Shown in pieces: positions 37,010 to 43,364 of a DNA stretch of 43,364 bases. The stretch's first letter is position 1. Each line of letters opens with the position of its first letter. The stretch comes from an uncultured Gammaproteobacteria bacterium. GTDB taxonomy: Bacteria > Actinomycetota > Acidimicrobiia > Spongiisociales > SHLN01. The position numbers and the translations under genes are program-made. The stretch lies in NCBI GenBank assembly GCA_964195005.1, contig CAXMOO010000078.1, positions 1 to 43,364 of the forward strand, given 5' to 3'. The notes under the pieces are model-generated. The model worked only from the letters and a program-made list of their open reading frames with translations, did not search any database and was not told where the DNA came from.

Positions 37010-37684
37010 TTGGTCCTTGAGTTCTTCCGACGTGGCTCCGAGAGCCGCCTCGAGCAGATAGAAAGCCAGATCGCCAGAATGTTGGCAGATGCTCGACATA
37101 GTTTCGATCTAGCCGCTAGTTCGCTCCTCGCCGGGGCGCAACCGTCGGCGGTCGGGGCAGACGTGCATGCCACCGACAAGAGAATCAACGCCACCGAGCG
37201 GGAGATCAGGCGCGAGCTGGTCGTTCATGTCAGTGTCCACCAAACCTCGGCCGACGTGCCGATGATCCTGGCGTACATGGCAGTCGCCAAGGATGTTGAG
37301 CGAATCGGCGACTACGCCAAGAACATTTATGACATTGCTTTCCAGGGAATCGATCTGTCGAACGCCGAGGATGTGGAGCAACTCACTTCCTACCGCGACC
37401 GTATATCTCTTCTAATCAGCCAAACTGCTCAAACTTTCCTCGATCGAGCCACAGACGACGCCCGCGAGTACATCAACGAGGGGGACAAACTGCTCGATGA
37501 GTTTGACAAGCGGATTGACGACCTCGCCGCATCAGACGCCCCTTCCACTTTCGGGGTGCCAAGGGCCCTGCTTTTTCGCTATATGAAGCGCATCACCGCC
37601 CACTTGATGAACGTTCTGTCGGCCCTCACGATGCCCCTCGACCAGCTCGCCTATTTCGACGAAGCCAAAGAGGACCGGGTTTAG
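37010..37684 (+). CDS. PhoU-domain regulatory protein
   Basis: Two PhoU-like helical repeats (DKRINATEREIRRE; ERIGDYAKNI). TTG start 6 nt after GAAGGAGG. Confidence 0.7.
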   Translation: MVLEFFRRGSESRLEQIESQIARMLADARHSFDLAASSLLAGAQPSAVGADVHATDKRINATEREIRRELVVHVSVHQTSADVPMILAYMAVAKDVERIGDYAKNIYDIAFQGIDLSNAEDVEQLTSYRDRISLLISQTAQTFLDRATDDAREYINEGDKLLDEFDKRIDDLAASDAPSTFGVPRALLFRYMKRITAHLMNVLSALTMPLDQLAYFDEAKEDRV

Positions 37685-37720
37685 GAAGCAATAGGCAAGA
37701 ATTCTGCTTCCTGCTATTCC
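37684..37720. repeat. Left inverted-repeat unit / convergent terminator hairpin (GGAAGCA-N14-TGCTTCC)
   Basis: The reverse complement of 37706-37720 equals 41255-41269 (15/15). The reverse complement of 37688-37710 matches 41286-41308 at 21/23. Confidence 0.7.
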
Positions 37721-38133
37721 ACGTCGGGCTTTCCTCTGAGCCGCTTCTTTGCGCTCTGGCGCCGCTTGTCGTCGATACGGGACTGCTGCGACGACTTCGA
37801 ACGCTTGGTGGGCACCCGGCGCCGCCTGTCCTGGAGGGCGTCGTCGAGCAGCTCAGCCAGACGTTTCCGTGCCGCCTGACGATTGCGCCATTGGGAGCGC
37901 GAGTCCCCGGCCGTTACTTTTACAACCCCGTCCCGAGCCCTGGTCCCCAAACGGGAAACCAATTTGGAGCGTATCTCCTCGCTTATCGCCCGGCTCGACG
38001 CCACATCCCACCGCAGCTCAGCCCTCGTTGCATTGCGATTGGCATGTTGGCCGCCGGGGCCTCCTGTAGTCGAGAAAGACCATTGCAGCTCATCTTGGGG
38101 GATGAGCAGGTGCCTTCCAACGGGTAGATCCAT
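37714..38133 (-). CDS. arfB: ArfB-like peptidyl-tRNA hydrolase (class I release-factor GGQ domain with basic C-terminal tail)
   Basis: TTGGPGGQHANRNATRAELRWDV (GGQ at 38047-38055) and a Lys/Arg-rich tail. Start set to ATG 38133, giving 139 aa, the usual ArfB size. Confidence 0.8.
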   Translation of the reverse strand: MDLPVGRHLLIPQDELQWSFSTTGGPGGQHANRNATRAELRWDVASSRAISEEIRSKLVSRLGTRARDGVVKVTAGDSRSQWRNRQAARKRLAELLDDALQDRRRRVPTKRSKSSQQSRIDDKRRQSAKKRLRGKPDVE

Positions 38134-38152
38134 GCGTCCACGGTAATGCGAG

Positions 38153-40270
38153 TTGACAGCCACCAGGCAGTATCGTCCACTGATGCGAGATCGCACCCAG
38201 ACCATCCTCGGCGAGATCCTGCCGCCGGAAGAACGTGCCATCGAATCGGTGGTAGCCCGGTATCAGAGGGTCGCCCCTGCCGTTACCCGGTTCGCCCGGA
38301 CGTTGGCCAAAAACGATGAGCTTTCAGTCCGGCTCGGATCCGAAGCAGCCAGCCGGCCGAACGAGGTTGTACTCGACCCGAGGCTTTTCCAGGCGGCTTT
38401 CAGTCGAAGCGCCCCGGTTACTCCCAGCGAGTGTGCTCTGGCCTCGGCCCTGCACGAGGTCGTCCATTTGGCAATCACCGATTTTGGAGAGAAACGATCT
38501 ATCCCTGAGGAGTGGCTGCCAGAAGACACCGAGGACTCCTCCGGGGACCCCGTCCCGCTCCTCGATGCCCTGTCGGCGACAGGCGGAGCACCGGCTGAGG
38601 CACTGTTCCTGGCTTTGGAGGACGCTCGTCAGGAGACGGCTCACCTCAGTGCATACCCCGGTGCCCGCTCGGTACTGGCTGATCTGTACCTGGCGGCCGT
38701 GCCGGACGCTTTCGTCACAGCCCCACCCCTGGGCCAGTTTTCGCTGGCCTGCTTCCTAATCGTGGGCGACTATGTCAAGCGCAACCGCCTCCAAAAGCAG
38801 GCTGAGCCCAATGTGGCGGCCGCGCTCAACGACGCCGTCCCGTTCCTCGACGCGGTAGTCGCCACCACCGACGTGTGGGAAGTCGCCGGATTGACGCTGC
38901 AACTGTTGCAGGTGGCCCGGCTACACGGGCTTGTTACCGACGTCTCTAACACCAAGGTGATCGGAGAGGCAGAAGCCACCCAGAAGGCCGAGCAAGACGC
39001 CATCGCCGAAGGAGTCGACCGGGTGCGCCTTACCACCCCCATCCTCCAAGACGTAGAGCTCTATGACCAGACTAAGGAGGCCACCGCCGGCGACGCCGAT
39101 ACCGCAGCCGACTCGGAAGCCGGGGGCGACCCCGCCACCGACCAGCTGATTCGTGTTTCCGAAGCACCGGTCGTCTATCCGGCGGCAGGCCAGGGTGGCA
39201 AACTCGTGGTCGGCCCGTTCCCCTACCGATTCGAGGCGTTTGCGGCCAGGGGACGAGAAGCGCTCGACGAAGCCGCCCGGGCCTGGGGAGTTGCCCAGCG
39301 TCATATCTCGGGTGAGCTCTGGCCCCTCTTCGTCGCCAATCAACGCCGCGGCCTCCGCTCGGGTTACGACGCCGGGGACCTTTCTCCATATGCCGCGTTG
39401 TTCCTGGGAGCCGGTCACTACCAGCGCATGTTCGAGCGGCGAGCTATTTCCAGCCGGCGCTCCTATGCAGTGAGCCTGCTCGTCGATGGATCCGCTTCGA
39501 TGCTGCAGGCGCGGCGTCTTCCCGGAGGGGGTCGAGCCCCCTGGGGAATGGCGGCGGCCACGCTCGGCGCCTGGACTCTGGCCCGTCTAGCGGATGAGCT
39601 TCAAATCGAGTTCGAAGTGGCTCTGTTCAACCGGGCATTTTCGGCTGCATTCGACGACACCGAGGCGACCTACTTGCAACGGATGCACGGAGCCACCGCC
39701 GGCTTGCGGAGGACACAGGGCAGCCATGCTGAGCGCCTCACCCGCACCGTCAATCATTACGTCCTCAAAGGCTTCGATCAGCGGTGGCGGGCAAGTGAAG
39801 ATGTCCTGGCCGGGCTTTTCTGGACCGCAGCCGAGCCGCGGGCATCTGCCACGCTGGCGACTCGCAACGCCGGGGAGGCTCCACCCGTCTCCATGTTCGA
39901 AAAAGCCGCCAACGTCGACGAGCTCAATGTGGCCTACGCGACTGCGCGGTTGCAATCCAGGCGAGCCACCGTGCCCATCATGGTGGTCCTGGCGGATGGT
40001 ATGACCCGGGGTTCCGTGGAGGCCCTGTCACAAACGGTCGCGCAGGCCGAGAAGGCGGGTACCACAGTGCTTGGCATTGGGATAGGCGACGGAACCGTGC
40101 AGACTGCCTATAGCCGCAATCAGGTGGTCGACCGACCCGATGCCCTCACCCGGGCCATGGTGGATGGTGTGCGATCCGGGCTGCGACGGAGCCTCGCCAT
40201 GTGGGGTGCAGACAGCTGGTGGGCTCGCTCCCACTGGTCGAATGAACCAGACTGGAGTGCTCATGGCTAA
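38153..40270 (+). CDS. CobT-family VWA (MIDAS) protein with N-terminal HExxH motif
   Basis: HEVVH at 38453-38467. MIDAS DGSAS at 39485-39499, then VVLADGMT. The C-terminal 260 aa parallels CobT_C as I recall it (LLVDGSASM, NHYVLKGF, NVDELNV, LGIGIG). Start codon uncertain (TTG 38153 or ATG 38183). Confidence 0.75.
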   Translation: MTATRQYRPLMRDRTQTILGEILPPEERAIESVVARYQRVAPAVTRFARTLAKNDELSVRLGSEAASRPNEVVLDPRLFQAAFSRSAPVTPSECALASALHEVVHLAITDFGEKRSIPEEWLPEDTEDSSGDPVPLLDALSATGGAPAEALFLALEDARQETAHLSAYPGARSVLADLYLAAVPDAFVTAPPLGQFSLACFLIVGDYVKRNRLQKQAEPNVAAALNDAVPFLDAVVATTDVWEVAGLTLQLLQVARLHGLVTDVSNTKVIGEAEATQKAEQDAIAEGVDRVRLTTPILQDVELYDQTKEATAGDADTAADSEAGGDPATDQLIRVSEAPVVYPAAGQGGKLVVGPFPYRFEAFAARGREALDEAARAWGVAQRHISGELWPLFVANQRRGLRSGYDAGDLSPYAALFLGAGHYQRMFERRAISSRRSYAVSLLVDGSASMLQARRLPGGGRAPWGMAAATLGAWTLARLADELQIEFEVALFNRAFSAAFDDTEATYLQRMHGATAGLRRTQGSHAERLTRTVNHYVLKGFDQRWRASEDVLAGLFWTAAEPRASATLATRNAGEAPPVSMFEKAANVDELNVAYATARLQSRRATVPIMVVLADGMTRGSVEALSQTVAQAEKAGTTVLGIGIGDGTVQTAYSRNQVVDRPDALTRAMVDGVRSGLRRSLAMWGADSWWARSHWSNEPDWSAHG

Positions 40271-41261
40271 AAACATCACATTCGAAGACCCCGCCGGCGA
40301 GGGAAAGCCGGTGGAGCTGAAGACCTTCACGGTCCCCAAGAGCTTGCCCGACTATGAGCAACGTGTGGGGAAGGTCCCCGAACCCGATCCTTTCTATATG
40401 GATCTCGGCATGCTCTACCAATTGGCTCGCCTCGAGAGAATCCGTCGCGACCACGCCGACGAACAAGTCCCACTTCATCTCGCGCTCAGAGGTCACATGG
40501 GCACAGGCAAGGACCATGACCTCGAGCAGTTTGCGGCATTGCTCAGGCTTCCGTATTACCGCATACCGTTGACGGGAGAGGTCCGCGACATCACATTGAT
40601 CGGATCGGTCAAACTCCATGGTGACGGCAAAGGAGGAACCGAGAGCCGCTGGGAAGACGGGGACATTACTCGAGCACTGCGCGGGACCGCCCTTATCAAC
40701 CTGTCGGAGCTCAACGCCGCCGGAGCCGAAACTCTGTTTGCCCTGCATGGCTTGCTCGACCGCTACCAGGCCGTGGACCTGCCCAGCGGAGAGACTGTGA
40801 GACTCCCCAAGGATACCCGCTTGTTCGGCACCATGAATCCCACCGACTTGCGCGACTACGCAGGCACCCAGACCCTCAACAAGGCCTTCGCCGACCGGTG
40901 GCTCATATGGGAAAAGGACTTCCCTAATTCAGATCAGCTGACCGGGATGATCAATCGGCGCTACCCGACCTTGGCCGAGTCTTTTGTTGAGGTCATCGCC
41001 CGACTGGCCGTCGAAGTCAACCAATCGTTCACAGCCTCCGACAGCCGCACCCGGGTCGAAACTCCGATGAGCTTGCGGACGGTGCTCGACCGGGTCCCGG
41101 CCGGCTTACGGATGTTCGCCGATGAAGACGATCCCCTGCGGCGCACTTGGGAAGAGTTCGTGCTCCCCCACGTCGATGCCTACGACCGGGACCACTACGA
41201 GACGGTGTGGAGCGCAGTGGCGCGCACCGGGCCGCCCGGGCCGCCGTACACAGAGGAATAG
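40263..41261 (+). CDS. CobS/MoxR-like AAA+ protein with non-canonical Walker A (GKD) and Walker B (SE)
   Basis: GHMGTGKDHDLEQFAALLRLP aligns by eye to CobS G-TGKSTHIEQIAARLNWP. ALINLSEL sits where hhhhDE is expected. Sensor-1 FGTMNP and Arg-finger region AFADRW. ATG 40263 overlaps the upstream stop by 8 nt. Confidence 0.75.
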   Translation: MAKNITFEDPAGEGKPVELKTFTVPKSLPDYEQRVGKVPEPDPFYMDLGMLYQLARLERIRRDHADEQVPLHLALRGHMGTGKDHDLEQFAALLRLPYYRIPLTGEVRDITLIGSVKLHGDGKGGTESRWEDGDITRALRGTALINLSELNAAGAETLFALHGLLDRYQAVDLPSGETVRLPKDTRLFGTMNPTDLRDYAGTQTLNKAFADRWLIWEKDFPNSDQLTGMINRRYPTLAESFVEVIARLAVEVNQSFTASDSRTRVETPMSLRTVLDRVPAGLRMFADEDDPLRRTWEEFVLPHVDAYDRDHYETVWSAVARTGPPGPPYTEE

Positions 41262-41308
41262 CAGGAAGCCACCAGTAGTCGGCAAGAAGCAGGATCCTTG
41301 CCTATTGC
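41255..41308. repeat. Right inverted-repeat unit, with a 21-nt insertion relative to the left unit
   Basis: ggaatagcaggaagc (41255-41269) plus gaagcaggatccttgcctattgc (41286-41308). GAAGC is duplicated on both sides of the inserted 16 nt. Confidence 0.7.
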
Positions 41309-41376
41309 CTATTGCCCTTGGTCAGCAGTCAGCAGTCAGCAGTCGGCAGTCGGCAGTCGGCAATCGGCAATCGGCA
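41298..41376 (+). repeat. Heptamer tandem array: (TTGCCTA)2 TTGCCCT, then (GTCAGCA)3 (GTCGGCA)3 (ATCGGCA)2
   Basis: Read directly. Units sit in strict 7-nt register and change stepwise by one base. The first three units are near reverse complements of the last ones. Confidence 0.85.
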
Positions 41377-41719
41377 GCAAGAACCTCCTTTCTGTGACAG
41401 TGGCCGAGTAGAAGGCCAAGCCACGCTGTGCCAATGCACCAGGCAGGTGATTCTTTTGGTGGCCTCGCTTGCGCCAATAGGCGCAGCTCGTCGCCGTGGT
41501 TGGTCCAGCAGTGTTACGCCATGGTCGGGGTTGAGCGTGTTTGTGTATTGCGCCGAAGATGCGCCGAAACACTGAACGCAGCGCACGCCCCGTGAGGAGG
41601 AATACGGATCATCCTGTTCTGAGTTCGAGGGGCGCAAGCCACCGAGCTCAGACCCGGACCTCGATTTATGGTGTGCGTGTTTGGTGAGACGGACGGAGGC
41701 TTTTTGCACGGTCGGCTGA

Positions 41720-43364
41720 TCAGCGTTGGGTTGGTGTCCTTTCGAGTTGAGAGCCGTCGCCGATCGCGAAAATCGCCTGGGAGGTGGAGGCGACGATGAG
41801 GGTGCCGTCGGGGGCGACGGCGATGGAGGCGTGTAGCTCGAAGGCGTCGTGGATTTGTTGTCCGTCGGCGGTGCAGTTGGCCGGCGGGGCGAGTTCGCTT
41901 GGGTCGGCCGGCACTATTCGCCAGACGCTCTCTCCGCTGGTGGCGTCGAAGGCGTGAACGGCGCCGTCGGGGCGCGGAAGTACGACCAGGTCGCCGACGA
42001 TTATGGGTGACGCCCATTGGCGTTCACAGCGGATTCCGGTCTCAGTCGCCCAAGCAGCCTGGCCGTCGTGGCTGTTGATGGCCTGGACGCCTGTTGAGAG
42101 CGAGCTTGCGAACACGAGAGCGTCGCCGTGTCGGGCAGGGGAGTTTCGCAGGTTGGCGAAGCCGTCCGCGATGCTGCTGGGGTCTGACCCTCGCCATTCG
42201 ATCCTGCCGACATACCTGTCGAGTCCGACCAGGGCCGGCCCATCCGGTCCGCCTTCGACAAGGTAGGTGATGATCACTTTGTCGTCTGCCACTGTTGGTG
42301 CCGCGAAGACCATGATTGGGACCGTTGTGTTGGGCTCCTCGGAAACCCCAACAACTGGTTCGAATTCGATGAGGGTGCGCCACATCTCGAACCCGTCGAT
42401 AGTGAACGCGGCGGCCTCGCCGTGGTCACTGACCGCGTATACCAGTCGCCCGTCGGAGGCGGCCCCTCCTCGGATGGCGCCATCGAATTGAGCGTGCCAT
42501 TTTTCCTTGCCGCCGAGATCGAGAGCCCAGAGGACGCCGGATGCGTCGCCGACCACGACCAGGTCTTCAACGATGAGGGGGTTGGTGAATACGGGCGCGC
42601 CGGTCGTGAACCTCCAAATCTCGGCACCGGTCTTGAGATCGAGACCCCACACGGTTCCTTCATCGCCGGTCGCGATCACGATGTCACCGCTGGCAGCCAA
42701 ACCGTTCACATCGTTGGCGGCAGGGAAGTACCAGCGTCGCTTACCAGTTTGGAGATCGAGGGCGTACACACCATCCGCATCATCACTGGCGCTACGCCGG
42801 CCACCGGCGCTGCCGACGACCACAAGGTCATTCGCGACGATTGGGCTGTTCAGCCATCCCGATATTCCTACTTCCGCCCGCCACCGTCTCCTGGGTTCGA
42901 GGATCGGATCTGCCTGAGAGCACCCCGACCGGGTGATGTCACCCTGAAAGGTGACCCAATCGGCCCCGGCGGCGACGCATTCGGGTAAGAGTCTCGATCC
43001 GGTTGGCGCTTCGAGCGCCTGCAGGAAGGCGGCTGCGATTGGGCCGGCCGTGGAACCCCCGGATGCGCCCCCTTCGACGCTGATCGCGAACGCCAAATCA
43101 TCGGCGAAGCCGACGAACCAAGCCACCGAATCTGTGCTTTCCGCAGTGGCGATCTCGGCGGTTCCAGTCTTTCCGGCAACATCCACACCCTCCACTGCCG
43201 CAGCCTGACCCGTGCCCCTCTCGACCACGGCCTGCATCATGGCTTGCAGGTTGGCGACAACAGTCGGATCGAGCCTCTCAGACGCATCGTTTTCGGTTCC
43301 TGCGATCAGCTTCGGTGGGTGAAACACTCCGGAGGCGGCTGTGGCAGCCACGCTGGCCATGTTG
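41720..43364 (-). CDS. Penicillin-binding protein transpeptidase C-terminal part fused to a PQQ-like beta-propeller; N-terminus outside the window
   Basis: KTG motif in VAGKTGTAEIA...VAWFVGFA, then repeated G.VYALDL.TGK..W / VWGLDLKTGAEIW / LWALDL propeller blades. The frame is open to the window edge. Confidence 0.75.
   Translation of the reverse strand, partial: NMASVAATAASGVFHPPKLIAGTENDASERLDPTVVANLQAMMQAVVERGTGQAAAVEGVDVAGKTGTAEIATAESTDSVAWFVGFADDLAFAISVEGGASGGSTAGPIAAAFLQALEAPTGSRLLPECVAAGADWVTFQGDITRSGCSQADPILEPRRRWRAEVGISGWLNSPIVANDLVVVGSAGGRRSASDDADGVYALDLQTGKRRWYFPAANDVNGLAASGDIVIATGDEGTVWGLDLKTGAEIWRFTTGAPVFTNPLIVEDLVVVGDASGVLWALDLGGKEKWHAQFDGAIRGGAASDGRLVYAVSDHGEAAAFTIDGFEMWRTLIEFEPVVGVSEEPNTTVPIMVFAAPTVADDKVIITYLVEGGPDGPALVGLDRYVGRIEWRGSDPSSIADGFANLRNSPARHGDALVFASSLSTGVQAINSHDGQAAWATETGIRCERQWASPIIVGDLVVLPRPDGAVHAFDATSGESVWRIVPADPSELAPPANCTADGQQIHDAFELHASIAVAPDGTLIVASTSQAIFAIGDGSQLERTPTQR

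Noticed and set aside
37699-41297. GAATTC (37699-37704) and GGATCC (41292-41297) flanking the cassette, as a possible cloning scar or synthetic insert
   Set aside because: GAATTC occurs at several other places in the window (for example near 9216, 15285, 33944 and 36226). The two sites sit inside homologous 8-bp palindromes of a natural-looking repeat.
41298-41376. Possible CRISPR array
   Set aside because: The units are 7 nt with no spacers and no cas genes, so this is a microsatellite-like tandem repeat.
1-43364. Prophage, integron, transposon or genomic-island signatures (integrase, transposase, tRNA attachment site)
   Set aside because: None were found in any frame. The only mobile-like signatures are the short R1/R2 repeats and the inverted repeats around 37.7-41.3 kb.

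Overview
43.4-kb, visibly GC-rich chromosomal segment (GC not computed). Gene content and order look like Actinomycetota, possibly Acidimicrobiia-like; that placement is inference. About 40 protein genes, no rRNA, tRNA, CRISPR, transposase or integrase recognised. Most of it is a housekeeping backbone on the minus strand: M16 peptidase, dapB, thiolase, dapA, rnj, ftsK, a 2-oxoacid dehydrogenase E1alpha/E1beta/E2 operon, rimO, cinA, thpR, recA and rny (truncated at position 1). Other blocks are a dNTP-pool cluster (deoxyribonucleotidase, class II RNR nrdJ, dGTPase), arsC, and a Na/Pi transporter with a PhoU-like gene. Best candidate for something new (37.7-41.3 kb): an arfB-like GGQ peptidyl-tRNA hydrolase diverges by only 19-49 nt from a translationally coupled pair. 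The first is a 705-aa CobT-family VWA protein with an N-terminal HExxH motif. The second is a CobS-like AAA+ protein whose Walker A reads GKD and Walker B reads SE, instead of GK[ST] and DE. No cobN is present in the window. The three genes are bracketed by inverted copies of one 3'-end sequence, followed by a graded heptamer array. Two unannotated intergenic repeat families also stand out. R1 is a 49-nt C-rich element found just 3' of stop codons (3 full copies and 1 deleted copy). R2 is a ~165-nt element bounded by CTAGTG/CACTAG with an AGGACG-rich core (2 copies). recA has a clear LexA box plus a RecA-NDp-like promoter, an atypical basic patch, and no recX. The window ends in a PBP transpeptidase fused to a PQQ-like beta-propeller. 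All protein calls rest on motif reading of the supplied translations; no database search was possible.
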